The notes beneath the pieces are model-generated. The model was not told the DNA's origin and did not search any database. It saw nothing but the letters and a program-made list of their open reading frames with translations. A stretch of 64,000 nt of DNA, from assembly GCF_006345805.1 (NCBI RefSeq), contig NC_043006.1:79794001-79858000 (forward strand). The letters run 5' to 3'. The stretch comes from Octopus sinensis (Eukaryota). Below are positions 25,761-41,438 of this stretch, piece by piece. The translations under genes and the position numbers were made by a program. The first letter of the stretch is position 1. Every line of letters starts with the position of its first letter.

Positions 25761-26121
25761 TGTTACGTCTTGTTTGTGTTCGTACTCATTTTGCCCCGCT
25801 GCTTGGAATTTTATTTTAATTCTCTCGCAGGAAGGCCTATTGGATTAGTGTTCTGTTATGCCTTCGAAACATGCCTGACTCCTCTAGCGACAGCTGATGA
25901 CGGGGGTTTTGTCCTTGTGTAGCTTGTCCTGTATTTGTTTTTCGTTTTCTTGTCTTTCGTTTTCCGTTTTCTTGTTTTTTGTTTTTTGTTTTTTTCCGTT
26001 TCTACGTCTTATTGTGATGTCCTGTACTCCCATATAATTATTTATATATGCATGTATATATACATGTAGATGTAGGTACGTACATATATGTTTGTATGTA
26101 TGCATATATTTTTATTTATCT

Positions 26122-26184
<63 letters not shown>

Positions 26185-26725
26185 AACACACATGCATACA
26201 CACACGCACACAAACATGCGCACATACACAACACACACTAACAAAAACATAAATAAGGTGAAGTAGTAGAATATTGACATTGGATACAGTGCCTTACTGT
26301 ATTTGTTCCCTCCCTTTGTGTTGTGAGAACAAACCCTGTCGAGGTCAATCTCAACTTTCATCATTTTGGAGCCAAACTCCCTCTCACTCTTACTTCCAAA
26401 GTACAACTACCCTGGTCGCCGCACGGAACACTTTGCTATATCTTTTGCTACGCAGTTTCCTGAAGAAATTACTGGTGTCACACTGTATCAGTCTTGCCTT
26501 TCCGTTTGGTGATGCCTGTGTCACGGCATGGGGAGCCTTGCCTGTACCAAGAGCAACTCCCGGTCCTCCATATATTCCTCTGTCTTCCCTTCTCTGGATG
26601 TTTCCTTCTCCTATGTTTCCGACGAAGAGCTTCCAATAATACTATATTTTCCTGAGCGTCCAATAATACTATATTTGTTCCACGTCCTCGCCTTCTTGTA
26701 CTTTCTTGTACTTTCTTGTTTGGAT

Positions 26726-26784
<59 letters not shown>

Positions 26785-26793
<9 letters not shown>

Positions 26794-27058
26794 GAAATGA
26801 GGTAATCAGAATATCGGATGGTTTATATTTACAGATATTTATTTATATATTACATTTTTTATATATATATCATATCACTTAGATCATTAGCGCTTTCTCC
26901 TATTCTAGTGGGGTTTTCAAATCAAAATAAGTTCCTCTGTGGGAAATTTTAATCATTTTATAGAGTTTCGTAGTGGTGGGGAGGAATATAAGACAGTACA
27001 AGAGGGTGAGGTGGATGAGGAGAAAGTGAGAGAGAGAACATGTGTGTGTGTATGTGTG

Positions 27059-27089
<31 letters not shown>

Positions 27090-28682
27090 TTGTAAGGTGA
27101 GTGCTAAAGAGAAAGAGGGGAAGGGAGAGGGAAGAAGAAGGAAAGAATTTTTTTGGTCTGCTGGACAGAATATTGACTCCAAGGGGTTTCTAAGAATTTC
27201 AGCTTTGACCACTTCACAGTGTCACTGAGTGTGTGGTGGCGGGGAGGTAGGCCATAATATTGACTCCAAGGGGGTTCTAAGAATTTTAGCTTTGACCACT
27301 TTTTTGTAGTGGATGTCTGTTGTGACGATGGAGTTGTGTATTTTGATGTTGATGTCGAGGAAAGGAAGTTCGTTGTGGCTGGTATCTATTGTGAAGTTGA
27401 TAGATGGGTGCAACGTATTGAGGATGTTGTGGAATGTTCGTCGGTATTCTTCTGATCTGTTCCAAAAGATGAAGCAGTCATCGAGGTAGCGTTTCCACTT
27501 TTTTTCGATGTCTTCTCTGAAGTCGTGTTCGAAGACTTTCCCTATTTCATCATATAGTTTGTTCTCCAGGAAACCCATCACCAGGTTGGCATATGAAGGT
27601 GCGAATTTTTTACCCATAGCCGTGCCTTTTATCTGTCGGTATGTCTTGTTGTTGAATGAGAATGTATTTTTTTCGAGTATTAGTTGGGTGGCTTGGGTGA
27701 TAAAGTTTGTCTTGAAGCGTTCGTCTATAAGTTCTCTGTATTTTCTATCGATTGTTTTATAGCTTCTAGACCTAGGGTGTGTGGTATGTTTGTGTATAGA
27801 TTTGTGACATCAAAGCTTGCAAGTATGGTGTTTTTCGGGACTGTATTTGGAATGTGTGTGAGGAAGTCTATGTCATCCCTTATGTAGCTTGGTATCTGTG
27901 GGCATAAAGGTTTGAGGAGTATATCTATGAAGTGGCTTAGTTGTTGTGTTGGTGTCTGGGGTCCTGCCACTATTGGTCTCATTGTGAGGTCTGCAGGCCT
28001 TTGTATTCTTATATAGTGGTTCCTCTGTTCCTTTATGGCTCTCTGTATTTCAGAGCTTTTATGAATTTTAGGTAATCCATAAAAATTGCTTTCTTTGGTT
28101 CGTGAATTGCATAGATAGTCTTTCTCCTTATCTGTAAAGGAGTCCTGGTATTTATTGACTAAAGTTCTAATTTTTCTTATTGTTGCTTTCTCCAGTGGTG
28201 TTGGTTCCTCTTTATAGCATGCCTGGTTGTTCAGTAACTCGAGTATCTTTTCTTTGTAGTAATCTGTATCCATAATTACTATTGCTCCACCTTTGTCAGC
28301 TTCTTTTATAATGATTGACTTGTCATTTTTCAGTTTTTGTAAGGCTTGTTTTTCTCCTCTGCGGAGATTCTGTTTGCATTTGTGTGTGTGGAGAGGGAAT
28401 TTGGATATTGTCTCTATGTATGCGTCAAGGTGTTTGTTACTTCCCTTGTAAGGGGTGAAATGGGATTTTTTCTTATGATTGAGTTATCTTCTGTTTCCTT
28501 ATTTTCAAAGAATTCCATAAGGCGGAGGTGGCGGCTGAAGTTGTCTATATCAGTTTTTAGTTCTATGAGGTTTGGAGTGGGTGTAGGTGTAAATTTGAAG
28601 CCTTTTAGTAGTAATATATAAATAAATATCTGTAAATATAAACCATCCGATCTTCTGATTACCTCATTTCTTCTAATATATA
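26785..28682 (-). mobile_element. Penelope-like element, frameshifted RT, with inverted terminal repeats
   Basis: ADKGGAVV, FYGLPKIHK, RPIV, SFDVTNLYTNIP, GTAMG..FAPSYANL, RYLDD, LPFLD. About 65-bp inverted repeats at 26785-26850 and 28613-28682. Confidence 0.9.
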
Positions 28683-28707
28683 ATATCTGTACATCATCTC
28701 CAAACCT

Positions 28708-28749
<42 letters not shown>

Positions 28750-29236
28750 GAGGCACCAGAAATTAGTACGATTAGTACGGTATTATCCATAGAATTTCAA
28801 AATAAGGTGATTAGAATCAAAATACGCAACAAGGATATCCAGTACGATCGTTTCACGCAACTCCATTTAATTGAACAATGCAACCATTACATCAATTTAA
28901 ATGCAGAGCACAAAGACATAGAATTTAATTAAATTAAAACAGATGGTCACATTAGTATAATTTTACCTAAAATCTCCAAGAGGTTAAGGAGATAGACAAA
29001 GAACATGGTACCTTCACTTCTATTTAGAAGCTTCTATTAGAGTTCAAATTCCTCCAAGGTCGACTTGGCCTTTCATCCTTTCAGGGTAGATAAAATAAGT
29101 ACAAGCTGAGAACTGGGGTCGAAGTAATCAACACAGCTCCACCTCCGAAATTACTGGCCTCCTGCCAAAGTTTGAAACCGATATTTGAATTTAGAGCTTA
29201 GGTAAGCGGAACAAAAAGATCGTAAGGCATTCTGTC

Positions 29237-29302
<66 letters not shown>

Positions 29303-29640
29303 TGTTTATTCGTACGTGTACATATGTAAATTTATTCTTTTATAAATCTAAATGCAAACGATTACTCTTAAATCATTTTAATCGCAGCTTTATCTGCTAT
29401 TAGTTTAATAGCAACGACCTTCTCTGCATGTGACATCAAAACTATCTTACCCAGTCTTGAGTGTCGCCTTGACAACGCAGCAAACTTGAGTCAGTATAAG
29501 AGCGTCTATGATAGTGGTGGGGCAATTTTTTTTATTTCCGTAGCGAGGAACCATTTTTGTTACAGAGTGAATTTCAAGTGGATAATAAACATGCAAAAAA
29601 AAAAAAATATGTGCTGAGTAAATATTTCTTACAGATTCAT

Positions 29641-29830
29641 AGGTGCAGGTGGTGGCTGTGTGATAAGTAGTTTGCTTACCAAGCACATTGTTCCGGGTTC
29701 AGTCCCACTAGATGGCACCTTGTGCAAGTGTCTTCTACTATAGCCTCAGACCGACCAAAACCTTGTGAGCGGATTTGGTAGACGGAAACTGAAAGAAGCC
29801 CGTCGTATTTATACATATACCTATACCTAC

Positions 29831-29898
<68 letters not shown>

Positions 29899-30129
29899 AT
29901 GTGCGTGTGCGTGCGTGCGCGTGTGTATGTTTGTGCGTTTGTGTTTTCCCCCCACCATCGCTTGACAACCGATGCTGGTGTGTTTACGTCCCTGTAAGAT
30001 AGCATTTCGTCAAATGAGACCGATAAAATAAGTACTAGGCTTACAAGGAATAAGTCCTGGTGTCGATTTGTTCCGCTAAAGGTGGTGCTCCAGCATGGCT
30101 GCACTCAAATGACTGAAAAAAAAAGAATA
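29641..30129 (+). mobile_element. SINE family B, full length
   Basis: Colinear with 10595-11083. Confidence 0.85.
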
Positions 30130-30319
30130 GGTAGAACATGGTATAATGGTATCTTACTTAAAACTTAAACCGTTATTTTCTCGTGTGAGGGTTTTGGAGA
30201 TTTCGTCAGCTCGTGATATCAAATTTAAAATGCGAACGAAGTTTTTTCCGCATGTGAACTTACTCCATTACTTCAGTTTTCTAGAAGAATGTGTCAAATC
30301 TCTCACAATTCAGGAAGTA

Positions 30320-30646
30320 GATCGATCGGGACCCCCTTCAGTCACGACACTGACCATGGGATTGCACCTAGAAAGTTACCCTCCTAGTCACAAGTCTGGG
30401 CAAGGTGGTTTATGGAAGACCAGCAGTCGCCCATGCATACCGGCCTCCCCTCTCCACGCCACCAGTGTTATCTAAGGGAAAGGCAGCAGCCGATACAGCT
30501 TGGCACCCGTGACGTCGCAACTCATTTCTACAGCTGAGTTAATTGGAGCAATGTGAAATAAAGTGTCTTGCTCAAGAACACAACACGAACTCACAACCTC
30601 ACGATCGTAAGCTCGACGTTCTAACCACTGAGCCACGCGCCTTCAC
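30320..30646 (-). mobile_element. SINE family C
   Basis: TSD ATTCAGGAAGTA; inverted sibling at 31369-31702. Confidence 0.85.
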
Positions 30647-30986
30647 ATTCAGGAAGTACGCATTGGATAATGTAATCTTAGATATACCGTTTGAATAAAA
30701 TACAAGAACGTCTGGGATGGACTATTTTTGATCATAGGTCAGAGATAAACTGGGGTTAGACAAAGACGAGGACAACAGCAGCAGTAGAAGCAGTAGCTAT
30801 TGCAACATATATGAAATGATTAGTCAACTTACAAAAAATGTAGGCTACCAGATAAATGTTTAACAGTATTTATTTATGGACGTCTCGAGTCTGCATGGTA
30901 ATTGCAATATCCTGTTTATTAGATTTCTAAAATAAGAATCCAGGAATTAAATCGGAGACATTCTGCAGATTATATTCTGTAAACTT

Positions 30987-31216
30987 GAAGGCGGCGAGCT
31001 GGCAGTATCGTTAGCACGCCGGGCGAAATGCGTAGCCGTATTTCGTCTGCCGTTACGTTCTGAGTTCAAATACCGCCGAGGTCGACTTTACCTTTCATCC
31101 TTTCGGGGTCGATAAATTAAGTACCAGTAACGCACTGGGGTCGATGCAATCGACTTAATCCGTTTGTCTGTCCTTGTTTGTCCTCTCTTTACTACCTTGT
31201 GGGTAGTAAAGAAATA
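30987..31216 (+). mobile_element. SINE family D; further copies near 10359, 12110, 13549, 16505, 29035, 39055, 42790, 43230, 48205, 48555, 48785
   Basis: 16-bp TSD TATATTCTGTAAACTT; core CCTTTCATCCTTTCGGGGTCGATAAA resembling a Meta-type conserved SINE domain (recalled). Confidence 0.85.
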
Positions 31217-31368
31217 TATATTCTGTAAACTTAATCCTTTGCTTGTCCAAAGCATTTTCATAAGTCTATCCTAAATATCCATGTTAGTTTTCAGGTTTTA
31301 CGTTATGAGTAGTATAAAGCTTAAAAAAAATTGGAAATGTGTTTCATATATGTATAGATGCCAGGGAA

Positions 31369-31702
31369 GGCGCGTGGCTCAGTGGTTAGAGCGTCGAGCT
31401 TACGATCGTGAGGTTGTGAGCTCGAATCCCGGACCGGGCTGCATGTTGTGTTCTTGAGCAAGACACTTTATTTCACGTTGCTCCAGTTCACTCAGCTGTA
31501 GAAATGAGTTGCGACGTCACAGGTGCTAAGCTGTATCGGCCCTTGCTTTTCCCTTGGACAACATCGGTGACGTGGAGAGGGGAGGCCGGTATGCATGGGT
31601 GACTGCTGGTCTTCCATTAAACAACCTTGCCCAGACTTGTGCCTCAGAGGGTAACTCTCTAGGTGCAAACCCATGGTCAGTGTCTGACCGAAGGGGGTCA
31701 CC
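31369..31702 (+). mobile_element. SINE family C; other copies at 12083-12665 (with a nested family D copy) and 19073-19380
   Basis: TSD AGATGCCAGGGAA; A box TGGCTCAGTGG. Confidence 0.85.
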
Positions 31703-32191
31703 AGATGCCAGGGAAATATGTCCTGTCTGTGACATGTGATACACAATACAAGCAAAGGGTTAAATAAATTATATGGTGTCGTCTGAATTGTTTATATTTA
31801 GAAATGAAGATATAAACATTCTGGTAGAAAATAACAAATGCGTTATGTCCGTTTACAACACTAGGCTTGGCCTCACATGGCTTTATACTCTTGTTTGATG
31901 GAGCTAGGGTCATTCCAATTTAGTGGTCCCAGACATGAATAAACGACTTTTATTTGGATGGAGACTGCGAAGATCTATTGTGATTCAAAACGGCAGCAGT
32001 GAAATTCCTATTTGGATTTCTGTTCCCAAACGAAGTTCTAGATGCAGAAACCCTCTGAATAAAGACAGTGTGGTTAAGAAGATCGCTTTGAAACTACGTG
32101 GTTTCGCGGCTAGTCTCATTGCACAGAATCTTGGGTAAGTGTTGACCAATGCCTTGTGAATGAATTTGGCAGATGGAAACTGTGTAAAAGC

Positions 32192-32275
<84 letters not shown>

Positions 32276-32278
<3 letters not shown>

Positions 32279-32928
32279 GGGTTGGACAAAATAATGGAAA
32301 CACCTTAAAATTTCAAACTAATTTATTTTAATATGGGGTAGGACCACCTTTGGCAGTAATTGCAACTTGAATTCTACAAGGTATGGACTCGTACAAAGTT
32401 TGAATTGTTTCCAAAGGAATTTTTGTCCATCATTCAGCTAAAACAGTCTCCAGTTCTTGTAGTGATGATGGTGGAGGATATCGACTCCTTACTTGTTTTT
32501 CTAAATACTGTACTTTTGTGATCCTTTCTAATAATTCTCGTAAGAGTCCGACGGTCCCTATCTGAAAGTTTTAGTTTTCTTCCGGTGTTTTGTTTCGATG
32601 AGATTTTCTCCTCTTTCTCAAGGCTGTCATTACTTTTGAGACTGTACTTCTTGATACACCAAAGGTTTCGGCTGTTTTGGTTACGCTAGCGCCTGCCATA
32701 CGAGCACCAACAATTTGACCTCTTTGAAAGTCGATAGATCTGTCATTTTAATGAATTTTAATTACCTTTTTCTGATGATATCTGAAAAGAAACAGCAATT
32801 TTAGCAAAACATATTAAGCAACACTAATAATAAAAAAAAACAACATAAAAATAAAAAAAAAAGCTTTTGACGGTTTTATAGATATTTCAAAATTATGATG
32901 CTATGATGCTATTATTTTGTCCAACACT

Positions 32929-32930
<2 letters not shown>
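32276..32930 (-). mobile_element. Internally deleted Tc1 element in (TA)n
   Basis: CAGGGGTTGGACAAAATAAT TIR at both ends. FQRGQIVGARMAGASV...GVSRSTVSKV and LYESIPCRIQVAITAKGGPTPY*. Confidence 0.85.
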
Positions 32931-33002
<72 letters not shown>

Positions 33003-33265
33003 TATATATATACATACATATGCACACGTATGAATACATACATATACATACACATATATTGTGTGTTTTTTTATCCGTGTTTGTCCCCGTTACTGCTTGA
33101 CAATCGGTGTTGGTTTGCTTTCATCACTGTGACTTAGTGGTTCGGCAGAATAGATCGGTAGAATAACTATCAGACAAAAAAAAACTGATACATTAGCACT
33201 CGGGTCGAATTGTTCATGAAAAACCTTGCGAGCAGAACACTAAAACACACACACACACGCGCACA

Positions 33266-33376
<111 letters not shown>

Positions 33377-33599
33377 CATCCACATATTCAAACACACACG
33401 CAAGCAAAAACAGAATACACCGTTATAATAAATGTATGTAAGTAAACAAAAAATTACTTCATTTGTATTGTTTACAATACTAGGACCTAAAGTACAGGAT
33501 ACCGTGGCGCCATCTTATATATTGCGGAATAAAATGAAAAAGCTGTAGGAGATAATATTAAATGGCAACCTAACCTCCAAATCCCCGAATAGGTGTTAA

Positions 33600-33820
33600 T
33601 GTAACTTGGAATGTTTTGCTTGAACATATGGTTTCTATGAGCTTTTCAAAGACTGGCATCACTAACGAATTGGATGGAGCAGAAGATAAAGTGTTGTGGA
33701 ATGATCAGTATGTTGCTACAGTCCTCATTGCAAGCATAGATGAAGAATATGATGAAATGATAGGAAGTGGCACTGATGGAGTGCTAAATTTAGAAGAACA
33801 GCAAAAATTATTTGAAGAAC
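33600..33820 (+). mobile_element. pogo/Tigger-like transposase C-terminal remnant
   Basis: SFSKTGITNELDGAEDKVLW, matching the SF.K.GI...LDG.ED..LW pattern. Confidence 0.5.
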
Positions 33821-33916
33821 CAGAAGCGTGGAATCGGATTACGATGGTTTTAAATGATAAACGCATAAAAAAAAAAACAAAAATAACATTTTTACGTATG
33901 CTAGAGTCTTCGCTCA

Positions 33917-34236
33917 TAGAGGCGCAATGGCCCAGTGGTTAGGGCAGCGGACTCGCGGTCGGAGGACCGCGGTTTCGATTCCCAGACCGGGCGTTGTGTG
34001 TGCTTATTGAGCGAAAGCACCTAAAAGCTCCACGAGGGTCTGGAAGCGGGTGGTGGCGAGCCCTGTTGTACTCTTTCGCCGCAGCTTTCTCTCACTCTTT
34101 CTTCCTGTTTCTTGGGTAACGCTGCGATGGACTGGCGTCCCGTCCAGCTGGGTGTGTGTGTGTGTGGAACACATGCACCACAGAAACCGGGGCCATGAGC
34201 CTGGCTAGGCTTGAAAAGGGCGCATAAATAAATAAC
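33917..34236 (+). mobile_element. SINE head A with tail 3
   Basis: TSD AGTCTTC(G/T)CTCA; tail contains GCGATGGACTGGCGTCCCGTCCAG. Confidence 0.85.
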
Positions 34237-34538
34237 AGTCTTCTCTCAGAAGCTTTAAACAGAGGTTACTCAGCAATCGTGGCAGGCTGACTGGTTTTAG
34301 TGTTTGTTTTATGCGTTTTAAATTTTAGAGCTGTATAACATCCCTTGAAAAAACAAACACAAACAAACAAACAAAAACTATTGGCGTAGGCATGGCTGTG
34401 TGGTTAAGAAGATCGCTTTGCGACCATTCAGTTTCAGTTTCAATCTTTGTTTGGCGTCTTCACCAATAGTCTTCTTCTATAGCCGACCTATGCCTGTAAG
34501 TGGATTTAGTAGACGGAAACAGTGTGGAAGTCTGTCGA

Positions 34539-34603
<65 letters not shown>

Positions 34604-34925
34604 GTGGGCGTTTGTATCTCTGTCTATGTTTGTCCCTCTCCTCGCTTGATAACCGGTGTTGGTTTGTTGATACTCGCATAACTTAGCGATTCAGCAATAG
34701 AGAACGATAGAATAAGTACCAGCCTTTAAGAAATATATAAGCGCTGGGGTCGATTTATTAAAGATAAACTATGTTGTGTATACGAGGGTGATGGTGGCGA
34801 TGGTGATTCGCATTATATTCGAGATTACATCGTACTACTAACCCTGCCCACCAAATTATAGTCTTTTGATAATCTCAGAAACTCTTCCTTGAAATTCCAA
34901 ACATATCCAAGCACTCAATGATCGA

Positions 34926-35200
34926 AGAATGTGGGATCATGTCCTAAGCTTTGCGGTTATCAATTATTATTGTTTTACTTCTCAGATCGCTCGGTCTTGT
35001 TTGTTCTGGTAGATTCTGTGTGAGCGGACATCAGCCTGATGTCAGAGATCTCACAGGGTCTCTTTCTGTACATTATAAGCTTCGATACTTGGCTGTTAAT
35101 TATCGTGGGAAACATTCAACATCCAAATACCAATCTCAAAATCTTAGCAGTCCCCAGCAGAGCAGTTTTTTGGGCTTACTCTGTTCTCATGTCAATTCCG
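34926..35200 (-). mobile_element. Second copy of the R4/Dong 3' end
   Basis: Reverse complement matches 3015-3279. Confidence 0.75.
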
Positions 35201-35227
35201 ATATCATCATCATCATCATCATTACTC

Positions 35228-35292
<65 letters not shown>

Positions 35293-35352
35293 TGATGATG
35301 ATGATGATGATATCGGAATTGACATGAGAACAGAGTAAACCCAAAAAACTGC

Positions 35353-35386
<34 letters not shown>

Positions 35387-35439
35387 TATAAGGTTTTATA
35401 CCAAGACAAAACAATTATTATTATTACTATTATTATTAT

Positions 35440-35650
35440 TCAGTAGTTTTATTTTTATAGCGTGTTTCACTTCACTACCGAGCACAGCTCTGTGTGCCTT
35501 GGGTATGTGCTGTGATTTGTTGTGATGCTCTGATGGTTATTGTATGGAAAGTGTTCTGCGTAGGATGTGTGCAGTGCCTAGTAGTGCAATTTTCTGTATG
35601 TTATATGTGTTTGTAAGTCCTGGTGTTTTTGTTATGTATTTGTCTGAATA

Positions 35651-35655
<5 letters not shown>
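35440..35655 (-). mobile_element. R4/Dong-type ORF C-terminus and 3' UTR, different subfamily
   Basis: IQKIALLGTAHILRRTL* followed by a UTR and (TAA)n. Confidence 0.7.
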
Positions 35656-38193
<2,538 letters not shown>

Positions 38194-38869
38194 TGCTTAA
38201 TTACATGCTTAACTCTGCTTATTTCTGATATATATATTTCTGACATTATTGATGCTTGTTTAATAAAATGATATTTCAACATTATGTATGTTATTTATGA
38301 TATTGATTATTTAATTATCTCTTAACATTTTATTCCAGGCAACCACAACTGAAACCCATATGTCCCTGGATGATATTTATATGACAAATACTGAGAACTC
38401 CATTAGAAAAGTCACAAAGCAGCAGGAGTATTTTGTTCTATAATAATTTGGACTGTGAGTGAAAGTTGCTACCAAGAAGCCAATAAGCATTCACTTTGTT
38501 ATATATTAACTGCGAAGTAGCCACAGAGTATATTCCTGTTTGAGGAATGTGAACTAAAGCTTTATTAATTCAACCGTAGGTGATTGACACGATTTATTCT
38601 TGATAAGAATCCTATTAAACACTCAGCTTATTCAAGTGTGAAACCACGAATATAAATATCGTATTGTAATTATATCTTCTTGATTGTATAAGTGCTGATC
38701 AGAGCTTTTGATTAATTACTGTTGTTGTGGTTGCAGTTGTCTAGCATCGAGTCAACCTTGATTGAGTAGATCTTTTTTTTATCTCATCGCGCTCATTGGG
38801 CGGTAGTAAAAGGATTAGTGGGGCTGCGACATGGACTTTCTTTTCTTGGGTTCTTCAACGTAACATTTT

Positions 38870-38979
<110 letters not shown>

Positions 38980-39518
38980 TAGATATAAATAAATAGATAG
39001 ATAGATAGATAGATAGAGAGAGTGAGAGTGATAGAAGGAGTTATCACTTGAATGTAACTTTATTGCCTATGAAGGAATGATAAGCAAAGCAGGCCTCCGC
39101 AGGATTTAAATACATCGCAGACAATCGAAACAAATACAGCAAGGTGTTCTCTCTGACGCTCTAACGACTCTGCCAATTCGCTGCTCTAGTAGACATGAGA
39201 TAAAAGGTATTCCAGCCTTGGCCAGCCCATCCTCTTAGAGATATCTAGAAAACTAAATTATCCAATGTCTTGTGCTTAGGTTAAGAAATGATCTGAGGGA
39301 GGGTGATTTTGCTGCTATGTCTGGTAGGTCGAGCGACCACGTAAAGGTTCCCTATCGGCTAACATTTGAAAGTATAGAGTAGCGTAGTTTGTTGACTTAA
39401 AGATTGATAATGAGTAACTATTCATATTGTATTCGGAATCATTGAACAATACTACTTTTTTGTTGCGAAAAAAATTATTATAATAGAAAGCAGAATTAAT
39501 AATCCTTAAGAATAAACA

Positions 39519-41438
39519 ATGAAGTGGGTTTCATTTATCCTCTACTTTTTTATAAATGCTAATTTATGTTTGCAAAGTAAGTATTATGATGCAACATCAG
39601 TTTCTTGCTCAGAATGGGAGCTATATCACAAATGTTCGTGTCAACCTGAATGTCACTTGTTTAAGAATTGTTGTTTAGACCTAGCTAATCGTAATGTTTC
39701 TCATAGTCAAAATATTTCTGCACAAAGTTGTACGAAACTGAAAATTGGATATTACATTGCCCTTGACAAATGCCTTCCTAGTTACCCTATTAAAGAATAT
39801 GTGAGCAGATGTGAAAATTCTGTTGATGAAGATTATATCTTGAAAGTACCAGCTTTCGGGAAAGTAGACAAAAGATTGTACAAGAACTTATTCTGTGCTT
39901 TGTGCAACGATCAAGAATACATCTTGGGCAAATCGATTTATGAATGCGATGTGAATGATATTACATATCAGCAACTTTCAAGGTACCTTTCAAATGGTAC
40001 ATGTACCTTTTATTCATTTGATGTCCCAGATATTACATTTATTAATAATCTACATGAATGCTTATACGATATTTCGAATTGTTCTATAAAAGAGCGACAT
40101 GAAAATAGATCGGAGTTATGTGAAACAAATTCTATTTCACTGGCATCTTCAAATAAGTACCGACACTGTGCTTTATGCAGTGCCTTAAACACTACATATT
40201 TTAATTCAGGTCGCAAAACGGTTGAAAGAACCTATCCATTGACTATAATATTCGACCACAGCAGTAATATATTACAATACATAAATGCTATTCAAGAGAG
40301 TGTCGACACGAATAGAAGCGCAGGAAGGCATGAAACAATTCTCTGTAACAGTGATTTATTATTTGATGTTTATCAAAACCAGTGTCGTTCAGTTTTCTTC
40401 TATTCACTCATGAATTGTATTGCAGTGAGACTAAGTGATGATGAATATTACCTCAATGATGAAGGTCTGCTTTATTTGAATAAAACTCAACGACTACTGA
40501 ACAGAACAGAATTCAGCCAGGACACTCAAGGCATAAGTATCTGCATAGATAAGGACTTCGGTGCAATATCAAAATATGCTATATCTGAGAGTTATATTAC
40601 ATTTATAGGTCTTACTATTTCTGTTCCTGCTCTACTAATAACAATTGTAACTTATCTCTGTATACCTGAACTACGTACTTTACCAGGTAAATTCGTAATC
40701 AGTCTTCTGTCATCGCTGTTGTTGGCAGAGGTTTTGTTTCTTATTTCTAGATATGTACCTCCGTATACTATTCAATGTATTTTAACAGCTGTTTTGATGC
40801 ATTATTCTTTCTTAGCATCGTTCTTCTGGATGAATGTCATATCGTTTGATGCCTGCTGCACTTTCTCAGGATTCATGCAATTTCATATTTCTAATCAGGG
40901 TAATAAAAAACTTTTACCGTATTCTATATATGCATGGATCAGTCCACTTATAATTGTAACTATGTCACTCCTACTTGAGTATATACCAGAAAACAAAGCA
41001 ATTTCGCCAGCATATGGCAAGGGTATATGTTGGATTACAAATGGAAAGTGTTTATTATTGGTGTTTGGAATTCCAGTGATAATACTGTTAATACTTAATA
41101 TTTTAGCCTTTATTTTTATTTCAAGAGGCCTCCGTTTAGAAATGAAGCGTTCTGCAAAATATTTAATAAGTTACCATAATATTCACTTCCAAATTTTCTT
41201 CAAGCTCAGTCTTGTTATGGGTTTAACATGGATCTTGGGATTCCTGTATACATTCACAAAAATCAGTGAATTTTCTCTCCTTTTCTGTATCTGTAATTCA
41301 TTTTTGGGATTATTTGTTTGTTTTTCTTTTCTTTCCACAAGAATAATAGCTAAAAAATGCCTGCAGTTTGGGAATTTCTCGAACATTTCTACTTTTTACT
41401 GTACATCACCATCAGCATCTGAAAAAAATATCCAATAA
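39519..41438 (+). CDS. Methuselah-like (class B type) 7TM GPCR, single coding exon, 639 aa, SMB-like/Cys-rich ectodomain (G1)
   Basis: Signal peptide; CSCQPECHLFKNCC (somatomedin-B-like); YKNLFCALCN; 7TM motifs LRTLPGK, HYSFLASFFWMNVISFD, YAWISP, PAYGKGICWI, KLSLVMGLTWILG. No GPS motif seen. Confidence 0.9.
   Translation: MKWVSFILYFFINANLCLQSKYYDATSVSCSEWELYHKCSCQPECHLFKNCCLDLANRNVSHSQNISAQSCTKLKIGYYIALDKCLPSYPIKEYVSRCENSVDEDYILKVPAFGKVDKRLYKNLFCALCNDQEYILGKSIYECDVNDITYQQLSRYLSNGTCTFYSFDVPDITFINNLHECLYDISNCSIKERHENRSELCETNSISLASSNKYRHCALCSALNTTYFNSGRKTVERTYPLTIIFDHSSNILQYINAIQESVDTNRSAGRHETILCNSDLLFDVYQNQCRSVFFYSLMNCIAVRLSDDEYYLNDEGLLYLNKTQRLLNRTEFSQDTQGISICIDKDFGAISKYAISESYITFIGLTISVPALLITIVTYLCIPELRTLPGKFVISLLSSLLLAEVLFLISRYVPPYTIQCILTAVLMHYSFLASFFWMNVISFDACCTFSGFMQFHISNQGNKKLLPYSIYAWISPLIIVTMSLLLEYIPENKAISPAYGKGICWITNGKCLLLVFGIPVIILLILNILAFIFISRGLRLEMKRSAKYLISYHNIHFQIFFKLSLVMGLTWILGFLYTFTKISEFSLLFCICNSFLGLFVCFSFLSTRIIAKKCLQFGNFSNISTFYCTSPSASEKNIQ

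Noticed and set aside
25860-25910. Type II hammerhead (GAAA...CTGATGA)
   Set aside because: No convincing stem I, stem III or NUH site.
31369-31445. tRNA genes at SINE heads
   Set aside because: A and B boxes are present but continue into SINE bodies with TSDs; no complete cloverleaf.
39519-41438. Calling the receptors adhesion GPCRs or giving them a gene symbol
   Set aside because: No GAIN/GPS motif is visible and orthology cannot be set without a phylogeny.
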